DNA of 64,000 nucleotides from an uncultured bacterium (GCA_949284415.1 CASDVM010000027.1:28016-92015), one strand, 5' to 3'. Positions 18,311-27,567 are shown, counted from the stretch's first letter. Notes: a model not told the origin generated them from the sequence alone. Program-made: numbers and translations.

Positions 18311-18868
18311 ATGATTTCAGTAAACGATTTAAAAACAGGCTTAACGCTTCAATTGGACAACGGTTTATGGTCTGTTGTTGAATTTTTACACGTAAAACCC
18401 GGCAAAGGTGCTGCGTTTGTCAGATCAAAACTTAAAAACGTTGAAACAGGTCAGGTTGTTGAAAAAACTTTCCGTGCAGGCGAAAAAGTTGCAAAAGCTA
18501 TGCTTGACAGACGCGAAATGCAATACCTGTATAAAGAAGGCAAAGAGTACGTTATGATGGATAACGAAACTTATGAGCAGCTCCAGTTAACCGAAGAACA
18601 AATCGGAGACGGTATCAAATATTTGAAAGAAAACATGATTGTTCAGGTGTTGATGCACGATTCAAGAATTATAGGCGTTGACCTTCCTGCTCATGTAATT
18701 CTTGAAGTTACTGATACTCCTCCGTCAGAAAAGGGCAATACTGCTCAGGGCGGTACAAAACCTGCTACTCTTGAAACAGGTGCTGTTGTTAATGTTCCGT
18801 TCTTCATTTCAAACGGTGATAAAATCAGAGTAGATACAAGAACTAACGAGTATCTTGACAGAGCGTAA
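18311..18868 (+). CDS. efp: Elongation factor P
   Basis: [13 protein letters not shown]...[23 protein letters not shown] purines precede the ATG at 18311. Confidence 0.93.
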   Translation: MISVNDLKTGLTLQLDNGLWSVVEFLHVKPGKGAAFVRSKLKNVETGQVVEKTFRAGEKVAKAMLDRREMQYLYKEGKEYVMMDNETYEQLQLTEEQIGDGIKYLKENMIVQVLMHDSRIIGVDLPAHVILEVTDTPPSEKGNTAQGGTKPATLETGAVVNVPFFISNGDKIRVDTRTNEYLDRA

Positions 18869-18989
18869 TTTAAGTAAACGGGTGAATAAATTAGAAATAA
18901 GGCTATTTTTTGTACTTTAAATTTGATAAGAACTTATTAGCTTATTAGCGTATTTACCTATTCACTTAATAGTTACAGAAAGGCAAAAT

Positions 18990-19439
18990 ATGAAATTTGA
19001 TATAGATTATGTTGAAAAATTGGCAAAGGTTTTAGCTGACAATTCGTTAACTGAAATTTCATTAGAAGACGGAGAACAAGCTATTACATTGAGAAAAGAA
19101 GTTATGGGCGTTGCTGCAGCTCCCGTTGCAGTCCCTGCAACTCAACCGGCACCGGCTGCTCCGTCAAATCCTGCAGCTCCTGCTGAACAAAAAGAAGTTA
19201 AAAAAGGAAAACCTCTAACTTCTCCTATGGTAGGAACTTTTTATTCAGCACCTTCTCCTGATGCGGAACCTTTTGTTAAGGTCGGTCAGACTGTTAAAGA
19301 AGGCGATGTGGTTTGTATTGTTGAAGCTATGAAGCTTATGAATGAAATTGAAGCAGAATTTTCAGGTAAAGTAGTTGAAATTTGTGTAGAAGACGGCCAG
19401 CCTGTAGAATTCGGACAAGTTTTAATGTATATAGAATGA
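18990..19439 (+). CDS. accB: Biotin carboxyl carrier protein of acetyl-CoA carboxylase
   Basis: Ala/Pro-rich linker and the biotinylation motif [13 protein letters not shown]. Confidence 0.93.
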   Translation: MKFDIDYVEKLAKVLADNSLTEISLEDGEQAITLRKEVMGVAAAPVAVPATQPAPAAPSNPAAPAEQKEVKKGKPLTSPMVGTFYSAPSPDAEPFVKVGQTVKEGDVVCIVEAMKLMNEIEAEFSGKVVEICVEDGQPVEFGQVLMYIE

Positions 19440-19505
19440 AGTGAGACGTGAAGAGTGAAGTGTGAAACGAATTTCACTTTTCACTTTTCACCCTTCACCT
19501 TTTCT
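19438..19505. repeat. Hairpin built from tandem heptamers (GTGAAGN x4 and its complement x4)
   Basis: GTGAGAC GTGAAGA GTGAAGT GTGAAAC gaa TTTCACT TTTCACT TTTCACC CTTCACC. Likely an accB-accC attenuator or terminator. Confidence 0.6.
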
Positions 19506-19537
19506 TCAGAAGTATGATTATTTGAAAAGGGTTTAAA

Positions 19538-20896
19538 ATGTTTAGAAAAGTATTAATAGCAAACAGAGGCGAAATTGCTGTAAGAATTATCAGAGCGTGC
19601 AGAGAGATCGGGATTCCGACAGTCGCAATTTATTCTCAGGCTGATGCAAATTCTCTTCATGTCAGATTGGCAACGGAGGCTTATTGTATAGGTCCTGCTT
19701 CCAGTGCTAAAAGTTATTTAAGCATTCCTGCAATAATTTCGGCCGCGATCGTATCTGGCGCTGATGCTATTCACCCCGGTTACGGATTTATGTCTGAAAG
19801 AGCCGATTTCGCTGAAATTTGTGCTAAACACGGTATAAAATTTATCGGTCCGACAGCTGAAGCAATGCGTAAAATGGGTGATAAAGCAACCGCCCGTCAG
19901 ACGATGATTGATAATAACGTTCCTGTAACACCGGGGACCGGTATTTTGAAAACGCCTGAAGAAGTTAAAGAATTTGCAAACAGAGTCGGTTATCCGATTA
20001 TTTTAAAAGCGACAGCAGGCGGCGGCGGAAAAGGTATGAGAATTTGCCGTTCGGATGACGATGTGGAAACTAATATGAATTTATGCCAGTCTGAAGCCCA
20101 AAATTTCTTTGGAAATCCTGACGTTTATGCAGAAAAATATCTTGAAAATCCGCGTCATATAGAGGTTCAAATTCTTGCTGACCAGTACGGGAATGTTGTT
20201 CACTTAGGCGAAAGAGACTGCTCTATTCAAAGACGCCACCAAAAACTTCTTGAAGAAGCTCCGTCCCCTGCAATTGATGAAGCTACGCGTAAAGAAATGG
20301 GTGCAGCTGCTGTCAGAGCTGCAAAGGCAATTAATTATGAAAGCGCAGGAACCTGTGAATTTTTACTCGACCATGACGGCAAATGGTACTTTATGGAAAT
20401 GAATACCAGAATTCAGGTTGAACATTGCGTTACAGAAATGATTTCTAATATTGATTTAGTCAGAGAGCAGATAATGATTGCATCCGGCGAAAAACTTGAT
20501 TTTACTCAGGATGAAATTATGCTGCGCGGTCATGCAATTGAATGCCGTATTAATGCCGAAAATCCCGAAAAGGACTTTATGCCTAATCCGGGAACCATTA
20601 CGGGATATGTAACTCCTGGAGGTTTCGGTGTAAGAGTTGATTCTCACGCTTATCAGGATTATGCAATTCCGCCTTATTACGATTCAATGATAGGAAAACT
20701 TATCTGCTGGGGCAGAACAAGAAATGAAGCCCGCAGAAGAATGTACAGGGCATTGAAAGAGTATGTTATAACCGGTGTGGAAACAACTATTCCTTTCCAT
20801 CAGGAAATCATTGAAGATCCTGTATTTATGAGTGGGAATTTCAATACCGGATTTATAGAAGATTTCTATAAACGTACAGGAAAAGATAAAAAATAA
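19538..20896 (+). CDS. accC: Biotin carboxylase
   Basis: KVLIANRGEIAVRIIRAC, GGGGKGMR and EMNTRIQVEH. Confidence 0.96.
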   Translation: MFRKVLIANRGEIAVRIIRACREIGIPTVAIYSQADANSLHVRLATEAYCIGPASSAKSYLSIPAIISAAIVSGADAIHPGYGFMSERADFAEICAKHGIKFIGPTAEAMRKMGDKATARQTMIDNNVPVTPGTGILKTPEEVKEFANRVGYPIILKATAGGGGKGMRICRSDDDVETNMNLCQSEAQNFFGNPDVYAEKYLENPRHIEVQILADQYGNVVHLGERDCSIQRRHQKLLEEAPSPAIDEATRKEMGAAAVRAAKAINYESAGTCEFLLDHDGKWYFMEMNTRIQVEHCVTEMISNIDLVREQIMIASGEKLDFTQDEIMLRGHAIECRINAENPEKDFMPNPGTITGYVTPGGFGVRVDSHAYQDYAIPPYYDSMIGKLICWGRTRNEARRRMYRALKEYVITGVETTIPFHQEIIEDPVFMSGNFNTGFIEDFYKRTGKDKK

Positions 20897-20900
20897 AATA

Positions 20901-20931
20901 AAAAAGCCTGAGATATACCTCAGGCTTTTTT
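20901..20931. terminator. Bidirectional rho-independent terminator
   Basis: AAAAA-GCCTGAG-ATATAC-CTCAGGC-TTTTTT, lying between the convergent accC and the XRE gene. Confidence 0.8.
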
Positions 20932-21148
20932 AAAAGTCGAAGAAATCCTTAACGGGTATATCCAGTTTTTCTGCTATATCTATTAAAAGTCCTAAACTTA
21001 CGCATCTTTTGGCAGTTTCAATTTTTGCTAGGTGCTCTCTTGATATATCTAATAATTCTGCAAGCTGATTTTGCGAAAGTCCTTTTGCCTTTCTGAATTT
21101 GAAAATATTTCTGCCCAATTGTAAAATTTTTGTAGTCTTATTGTTCAC
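20930..21148 (-). CDS. XRE-family helix-turn-helix regulator, divergent from pilin D
   Basis: 72 aa, KGLSQNQLAELLDISREHLAKIETAKR. Confidence 0.85.
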   Translation of the reverse strand: MNNKTTKILQLGRNIFKFRKAKGLSQNQLAELLDISREHLAKIETAKRCVSLGLLIDIAEKLDIPVKDFFDF

Positions 21149-21202
21149 AATTTAATAATATGTGGTATATTAATAAATGTATGTAGTCTTAAAGAGAACA
21201 AA

Positions 21203-22027
21203 TTGAAGAGTTATATGAAAAACGCTTTTACGTTAACCGGAGGTGCTACACACGTAGTTATGCCGAGCAATTCTTGTCAATTCTTAACAGGGCTTTGTAC
21301 CGGTGGTACCACGCACATAACCTGCTTTGATAATATTAGTAAAGCCGCCTTCACTCTGGCAGAGGTTTTGATAACTTTAGGGATTATCGGTATTGTTGCA
21401 GCATTGACAATGCCTGCTTTAATCGGTAATTATCGCAAAAAACAGACAGTTGTGCAGTTGAAGAAGATATATTCTGCAATGTCGCAGTCTGTGCAAATGT
21501 CTCAGAGTAATTATGGAGATATTGCTGACTGGGATTGGACACTTAGTACGGAAGATTTTTTTTAAAGATATTTGAGTTATAATTTTTCTGTTCTTAAGTA
21601 TTGCGGAAAAAAAGAAGGCTGTTGGAACAAAGATGGCGGGCTAATGCCTAATGGAAATAAATACAGTGATCCTCCGACATTTGCATCTGGCAGTGATAGA
21701 GCCAAAATCAGCTTATCTGATGGTGCGTTTATTGCTATGCGTAAACAGGACAATAACCATGTGCATATCAATGTGGATATTAACGGTTTTAAACGTCCTA
21801 ATACTTATGGAGTGGATATTTTTGTATTTACATTAACGGCTGTCCCTTTTTCAGACAGTTCTCATAAGATTGCTTCACCGGGGCTGTTTATGTTTGGACA
21901 TGGATTGAATGAAAATGAAATAAAATCAAATTATAATGGCTGTTCCAAAAATTCGAACGGTCTTATGTGCGGTGAAAAAATATTAATGGACGGCTGGGAT
22001 ATTAAAGACGATTATCCGTGGAAATAA
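21203..22027 (+). pseudogene. Type IV pilin-like protein D, interrupted by one in-frame TAA at 21566-21568
   Basis: Tracked ORFs 21203..21565 and 21572..22027 are in the same frame. The N-part has KAAFTLAEVLITLGIIGIVAALTMPALIGNYR; the C-part has DINGFKRPNTYGVDIFVFTL and DGWDIKDDYPW. The stop aligns inside a conserved block of the paralogs. Confidence 0.7.
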
Positions 22028-22103
22028 TATTTAACATAAGGGTTGAAAACCTCTTCAAAATATGCTACAATAGTAACAGGAAGTATGTGTGTGAGGTTTT
22101 TGT

Positions 22104-22511
22104 ATGGCCGGAATTAATTTGTTCTATAATTTTACAAATCCTTTTGAAAAGCAGAAAGAACAGAGAAAGCAACAAAGAGATGCTTTGATAAAGAAAAATT
22201 ATGATGAAATTTATGCTCACGAACTTGCGCATAAGCGCGCGGGCGGTGATCTGGCAGGTGCAATCGTAATAGAGAGAAATGCTGACGGCATCCCGTTTGC
22301 AGGACATGTTGATATTAAAATGCCATCACTAAATCCGAATAATCCACAAAAAACCATAAATGATGCAAATACGGTAATTCGTGTAGCAATGGCGCCTTCA
22401 GATCCTTCACATCAGGATTATAAAGTCGCATCTCAGGCACAGAGTATAAAAATGCAGGCGCAGGCTGTAAAGTCTCAAAATGTGGGACAAAAACTAGATT
22501 ATAATGTATAA
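22104..22511 (+). CDS. SprA-related family putative metalloprotease
   Basis: YAHELAHKRAGGDLAG...HVDIKMP...AMAPSDPSHQDYKVASQA resembles the SprA-related (PF12118-type) pattern, recalled from memory. Confidence 0.6.
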   Translation: MAGINLFYNFTNPFEKQKEQRKQQRDALIKKNYDEIYAHELAHKRAGGDLAGAIVIERNADGIPFAGHVDIKMPSLNPNNPQKTINDANTVIRVAMAPSDPSHQDYKVASQAQSIKMQAQAVKSQNVGQKLDYNV

Positions 22512-22517
22512 TTGATA

Positions 22518-22546
22518 TTGAAAATTACATAAATTTTTGCTATAAT
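22518..22546 (+). promoter_or_regulatory. Sigma70-like promoter of pilin locus C
   Basis: TTGAAA, 17-nt spacer, then TGCTATAAT (extended -10). Confidence 0.55.
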
Positions 22547-22581
22547 AATAGTAGTAACAGTAAAAACAGAGGAGATTAATT

Positions 22582-22632
22582 ATGAAAGATTTATTAAGAT
22601 TTGTAAATCGGGGGGGGGGCATTCTCGGCTGA
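22582..22632 (+). other. Leader ORF of pilin locus C, containing a G10 tract at 22610-22619
   Basis: AGGAG at 22570-22574, ATG at 22582, sequence MKDLLRFVNRGGG. It stops at 22630-22632 as assembled. With 11 G it is in frame with ORF 22689..23615. Confidence 0.7.
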
Positions 22633-22688
22633 CAGGTGGCAAGAAGTCAGGAAGTCAGGTTGTTTACATTAATGTCATTGCGTATTTA

Positions 22689-23615
22689 TTGCGCAATCCG
22701 GAATTTTTCATAAAAAGGTCGCACACCATATGCGCGATGCCGGGTCTTAATATTAAATTCCTCGCTCATTGGAAGAGGGGGGCCGAAGGACATGAGAGGG
22801 GCTTTTTACAAAGAAGGATGTCCTTGTTTAACGACTCAAAAGAGTCTCGTTATTACACAGAAAGTTCATGCAAAACTCATATTGCGGGTGCCGCGGCTAC
22901 ACTGCCGAAACGAACTTATTCACCTGTTCACTTATTTTCTTATTCACTTCACAAAAAAGCAGCGTTTACGCTTGCAGAGGTCTTGATAACATTAGGAATT
23001 ATCGGAATCGTAGCCGCTATGACTATGCCGTCATTGATAACTAATTACCGAAAAAAACAAACTGCTGTCAGACTTGAAAGGTTTTATTCTATAATGAGTC
23101 AGGCTGTTCTCAGATGGCAGCAGGACGAAGGAATTGTGCCTGAGGATATCAGGTTTCCTGCGGAGACCGTAAAAAATGGTGTAAAAACGCAGGAGTGGTT
23201 TTCTTCTACAATCGGTAAATATATAACAACTACATATCAAACAACTAACGGGCAAAATTTTTCTGCTGCATTTAATGACGGTTCCGGATTTGATTCTTAT
23301 ATAGGCAATGAAAACCAGTTTTTTATATTTTACTGCGTAGATTATAAGTATTGTATAAATGCTAACGGAGACGGAAATTATAACGGTAAAACAGGGTTCC
23401 TGTTTGAGATAAACCGAGGCAAATTTCTAACATCTTCTCCATATTTTGATAACAAGACAAGAGAAGAAATCTTAGAATCGTGCAAATACGGAAACAGAGA
23501 TGACCCGTCTGTGAGTTCAAAAGGACGCCGTCATGCCTGTGCAAGACTTATTCAGATGGACGGCTGGGAAATAAGAAAAGACTACCCATGGGAACAAACA
23601 ATGTTAGAAAATTAA
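22689..23615 (+). CDS. Type IV pilin-like / pseudopilin-like protein C
   Basis: KKAAFTLAEVLITLGIIGIVAAMTMPSLITNYRKKQ and a C-terminal DGWEIRKDYPW. The leader is near-identical to locus A. Confidence 0.8.
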   Translation: MRNPEFFIKRSHTICAMPGLNIKFLAHWKRGAEGHERGFLQRRMSLFNDSKESRYYTESSCKTHIAGAAATLPKRTYSPVHLFSYSLHKKAAFTLAEVLITLGIIGIVAAMTMPSLITNYRKKQTAVRLERFYSIMSQAVLRWQQDEGIVPEDIRFPAETVKNGVKTQEWFSSTIGKYITTTYQTTNGQNFSAAFNDGSGFDSYIGNENQFFIFYCVDYKYCINANGDGNYNGKTGFLFEINRGKFLTSSPYFDNKTREEILESCKYGNRDDPSVSSKGRRHACARLIQMDGWEIRKDYPWEQTMLEN

Positions 23616-23651
23616 TTTACCTTTAATTGTTTGTGATATAATCATGGTCGT

Positions 23652-24965
23652 ATGAGTGTACAATTCAGGTATTATGCGAAAGAACTTTTAAACATTGCCC
23701 TGCCGATTATTATGGGTAACCTCGGTTTTATCCTGATCGGTGCAGGTGATGTGCTGGTTGCAGGGCACCATTCAACCGATACTCTTGCTGCAATCAGTAT
23801 TGCAACTGCAATTACAAATTGTATTCAGACATTCGGAGTAGGGTTGATTTCAAGCGTTTCTCCGCTTTTGTCAAATTTTCGCGGGGAAAAGAAAAGCGCT
23901 AAAAAATATTTTTATCCGACAATAAGATTTGCAATGCTTCTTGCATTTATAATTATGCTTGCGGTTCTTGCATTTATACCTGTTATAGATTATCTGCATT
24001 TCGCACCGAAGCTTGTCCCGATGATTAAGGAATATATGTTTATTACAGCATTTGCAACATTCGGCGCATATCTGCATTCGGCTTTAAAAGAATTCTTACA
24101 GGCTTTTGAAATTGTTGTGTTTCCGAATTTAATTACTGCTATAGCGGTATTTTTAAATATTGCTTTATGTTTTGCTATGGTATTCGGATTTGGTCCTATT
24201 CCTTCAATGGGAGTTGTAGGCTTAGCTGTCGCAAGTTTTATCATAAGATACTTTATGGGATTTGCACTTTTAATATATTGTTTTACATTAATGAATTTTA
24301 AGGATCATAAAGATTTTGAGTATTACAAGAGTTTGATAAGAATAGGAATACCGATATCATGTGCTGTTATGGTTGAATTTATAGCATTCAACAGTATTGC
24401 AATCCTGATGGGGCGTGTTGACGGAGTTTATGCTGCCGCTCAGAATTTGGTATGTACGTTGACGACAATTTCGTTTATGGTTCCGTTTGCTGTTTCTAAT
24501 GCTATTGCTGTTAAAGTCGGTTTTGCAAACGGTGCTGGTAATATCAAGGATTTGAAAAGATATTCTTTTGTTGGAATTGTTATTTGTACAGGATTTATGA
24601 TGCTGAGTGCGCTTGTATTCTCAACATTCCCGCATTTTCTTGTCGGATTGTTCAGTCAGGATGCAAATCTTATAAAAATTTCAGTGCCTATTTTGTATAT
24701 TTTGGCGATTTTTCAAGTATTTGACGGATTACAGATATCGCTTGCCGGAATTTTCAAGGGAATGAAAAGAACCGGAGTTGTATTACTTTCTAATTTTATC
24801 GCATACTGGCTGATTTCTATTCCCGTGGGATATACCCTTGCGTTCCATTATCACTTGAATTTAAAAGGTTTCTGGATAGGCCTTGCTTCAGCCGCGGTTA
24901 TCCTTTGCGCAATAATGTCTGCTATGCTTATTAAAAGTATTAAGAATTTGGAAACTGTTAAATAG
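23652..24965 (+). CDS. MATE family efflux transporter
   Basis: 437 aa, about 12 TM helices, and an N-terminal LLNIALPIIMGNL typical of MATE proteins. Confidence 0.8.
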   Translation: MSVQFRYYAKELLNIALPIIMGNLGFILIGAGDVLVAGHHSTDTLAAISIATAITNCIQTFGVGLISSVSPLLSNFRGEKKSAKKYFYPTIRFAMLLAFIIMLAVLAFIPVIDYLHFAPKLVPMIKEYMFITAFATFGAYLHSALKEFLQAFEIVVFPNLITAIAVFLNIALCFAMVFGFGPIPSMGVVGLAVASFIIRYFMGFALLIYCFTLMNFKDHKDFEYYKSLIRIGIPISCAVMVEFIAFNSIAILMGRVDGVYAAAQNLVCTLTTISFMVPFAVSNAIAVKVGFANGAGNIKDLKRYSFVGIVICTGFMMLSALVFSTFPHFLVGLFSQDANLIKISVPILYILAIFQVFDGLQISLAGIFKGMKRTGVVLLSNFIAYWLISIPVGYTLAFHYHLNLKGFWIGLASAAVILCAIMSAMLIKSIKNLETVK

Positions 24966-25003
24966 CTTATTTTTATGCTACAATAAACTTGAATGGAGGA
25001 ATT

Positions 25004-25480
25004 ATGCATACAGAAGAAAGAACATTTGTGGCTATCAAGCCTGACGGAGTAAAAAGAGGCTGTGTAGGCGAGATTATAAGCCGCTTTGAAAAGAAGGGTT
25101 ACAAGCTTATCGGCATGAAAATGCTTCAAGTTACGGAAGAAATAGCTGCAAAACATTATGAGGAACACATAAACAAACCATTTTACCCTAACCTTGTAAA
25201 ATATATTACAAGCGGTCCTATTATTGCTATGGTGTTTCAGGGTTATAAGGCTGTTCAGGGAATCCGTCACCTTTTAGGTGCAACAGACCCGTGTGAAGCC
25301 GATGTTGGTTCTATAAGAGCTGATTATGCACAATTAAAAGAATACAACACGATTCATGGTTCGGATAGTGTTGAAAGCGCTGAAAGAGAAATAGCTATTT
25401 ATTTCAAACCCGAAGAGCTCTGTACAAATTACAAAAATATGATGGAGCTTGTTACAGAGGATATTGATGAGGGCGAGTAA
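25004..25480 (+). CDS. ndk: Nucleoside diphosphate kinase
   Basis: ERTFVAIKPDGV and NTIHGSDS motifs. GGAGG SD before the ATG at 25004. Confidence 0.93.
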   Translation: MHTEERTFVAIKPDGVKRGCVGEIISRFEKKGYKLIGMKMLQVTEEIAAKHYEEHINKPFYPNLVKYITSGPIIAMVFQGYKAVQGIRHLLGATDPCEADVGSIRADYAQLKEYNTIHGSDSVESAEREIAIYFKPEELCTNYKNMMELVTEDIDEGE

Positions 25481-25567
25481 GCTGAGGACGGGACTTGTTA
25501 CTGCTGTGGCAAAGAGCCGTTAAGGTAACAGCCGCAGACCCGTTAAACGCGAACGAGTAAGATAAAA

Positions 25568-26683
25568 ATGGGAAACGATTATTTTAAATATGAATTAGTT
25601 CATGAATGTAAGCAGACAGGTGCAAGAGCAGGGATTTTAACAACCCCGCACGGAATGATTAAAACTCCGATTTTTATGCCTGTCGGAACTAATTCTGCCG
25701 TCAAAACCCTTACATCTGACCAAATAGCAGATACAGGCGCGCAAATTATGCTTTCAAATTCTTATCACTTGTATTTGAGGGCAGGTACAAAGCTGATAAA
25801 GCAGTTTGGCGGAATTCACGGCTGGATGAACTGGCATAAACCTGTTTTAACAGATTCCGGCGGTTTCCAGGTATTTTCACTGAGTCATTTGAACAAAATA
25901 ACTGAAGACGGCGTAGAGTTTCGTGATCCTAAAGACGGCAAAAAGCATTTTATAAATCCAGAAGTTTCAATGGAAATTCAGCAGGATATAGGTGCTGATA
26001 TAATTATGGCATTTGATCAGTGCGCGCCGTTTCCATGTGATTACGATACGGCTAAAAAAGCTATGGAGAGGACTCACCGCTGGCTTGAAAGATGTTTTAA
26101 AGCAAAAACAAACCCGCGTCAGGCGCTTTTCCCGATTGTTCAGGGCGCTTTTTATGATGATTTGAGGCGTGAAAGCGCAAATGTAATCTCATCTTATGAT
26201 GCTGTCGGATACGCAATCGGAGGATTGAGTGTCGGAGAAACAAAAGATATTATGAATCATTTTGTTGAATTTACGGCACCTCTGCTTCCTAAATATAAAC
26301 CGCGATACTTAATGGGAGTTGGGACTCCTGAAGATTTGCTTGACGGAATAAAACGCGGGATTGATATGTTTGATTGTGTATTGCCGACACGCAACGCAAG
26401 ACATGGCTCTTTCTTTACCCCAAACGGTAAATCGAATATTAAAACAAAACAGTATTATGATGACGAGCGTCCGCTTGTTGAAGGTTGTAACTGCTATGCA
26501 TGCAAAAATCATTCGAGAGCGTACATCAGACATCTGTGGAGATGCGGAGAAACAACAGCATCGACACTTTTGTCCATTCACAACATTAAATTTCTCGTAG
26601 ACTTTTCTCAAAAATGTCGTGAAGCAATTTTAAATGACACCTTCGGTGATTTTTATAACGAGAATTATAAAAATCTTATTTGA
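25568..26683 (+). CDS. tgt: Queuine tRNA-ribosyltransferase
   Basis: TPIFMPVGT, LTDSGGFQV, and CxCxxC followed by H (CNCYACKNHSRAYIRH). Confidence 0.95.
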   Translation: MGNDYFKYELVHECKQTGARAGILTTPHGMIKTPIFMPVGTNSAVKTLTSDQIADTGAQIMLSNSYHLYLRAGTKLIKQFGGIHGWMNWHKPVLTDSGGFQVFSLSHLNKITEDGVEFRDPKDGKKHFINPEVSMEIQQDIGADIIMAFDQCAPFPCDYDTAKKAMERTHRWLERCFKAKTNPRQALFPIVQGAFYDDLRRESANVISSYDAVGYAIGGLSVGETKDIMNHFVEFTAPLLPKYKPRYLMGVGTPEDLLDGIKRGIDMFDCVLPTRNARHGSFFTPNGKSNIKTKQYYDDERPLVEGCNCYACKNHSRAYIRHLWRCGETTASTLLSIHNIKFLVDFSQKCREAILNDTFGDFYNENYKNLI

Positions 26684-26737
26684 CTTTAACTGAAATATCA
26701 TTATTTATAAGTCAGAGGCAATAATGAGGTTTTAGTT

Positions 26738-26923
26738 ATGGATAAAATTGAAGATTTATCACAAACCGAAAGTGCTGTCGGCAAAACTGTCGATCATGTT
26801 ACAATCGACAACGAAGATTATGAAACTCTCGATATAGAGGATCCTCTAGTGTGGTTGTATTTGGACGGTCAAGAATCTCAAGGTCTTATGAATGCTGACT
26901 TTCTGGAATTCTTTACTATTTGA
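26738..26923 (+). CDS. Small acidic hypothetical protein, 61 aa
   Basis: ORF with a GAGG SD-like sequence upstream. No motif recognised. Confidence 0.35.
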   Translation: MDKIEDLSQTESAVGKTVDHVTIDNEDYETLDIEDPLVWLYLDGQESQGLMNADFLEFFTI

Positions 26924-26926
26924 GAC

Positions 26927-27535
26927 TTATAACCTGTGCGGATAATCTTTTCTGAATTCCCAATTGTCTATTTCCAGCAATGCAGAGCAATAAGCCCCAT
27001 TATTTTTGCATGCTTCAAGTATTTTATCTCTTGAATGCGGCTGATTTCCATAATAGTATGTGCACCATCCTTTATTTGGACACCATTCTGTTATTGATTT
27101 GTCGCAGGCTAAAAATCTGAATCTGTCCCTGCCCTCGACATTAGGTTTTTTATCTCCGTTAACATCAAAGATACAGTCCATACATCTTCCTCTGTATATA
27201 GTTAATTTTGTTCCATCAGGAAAATACATTATAGCCTGACTATTATTTTCATCAATAGACAAAGCCTTAAGATATGGAGCCCAGTATTTCGTGGCAAATT
27301 CTTTCGGAGGCAGTGATAAATCCCATTCATTAACATCACCGTTTTCTTCAACAGAAAGAATCAGTGCCTGCCCCATCATAGAATTGAATTTTTTCAACCT
27401 TGCACTTGTTTCTTGTCTTTTATAGCTAGTGATAAGACTAGGGAGTGTCAATGCTGCAACTATACCTATAATTCCGAGTGTAATCAAAACTTCAGCCAAA
27501 GTAAACCCGATTTTAGTCTCATTATTCTGTTTCAT
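26927..27535 (-). CDS. Type IV pilin-like protein G with a canonical short leader
   Basis: MKQNNETKIG-FTLAEVLITLGIIGIVAALTLPSLITSYKRQ, FDVNGDKKPNVEGRDRFRFL and C-terminal IDNWEFRKDYP. The ATG at 27535 is preferred over the tracked start at 27628. Confidence 0.85.
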   Translation of the reverse strand: MKQNNETKIGFTLAEVLITLGIIGIVAALTLPSLITSYKRQETSARLKKFNSMMGQALILSVEENGDVNEWDLSLPPKEFATKYWAPYLKALSIDENNSQAIMYFPDGTKLTIYRGRCMDCIFDVNGDKKPNVEGRDRFRFLACDKSITEWCPNKGWCTYYYGNQPHSRDKILEACKNNGAYCSALLEIDNWEFRKDYPHRL

Positions 27536-27567
27536 AATATAATTATAACTCTTTATATTATATATGT

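Noticed and set aside
19438-19505. Short tandem repeats that might indicate a CRISPR array.
   Set aside because: The units are 7 nt with no spacers and form one hairpin. No cas genes are present in the window.
21566-21568. The in-frame TAA in pilin D as evidence of stop-codon reassignment.
   Set aside because: TAA terminates many well-supported genes in this window (for example hup, efp and accC), so reassignment is not tenable.
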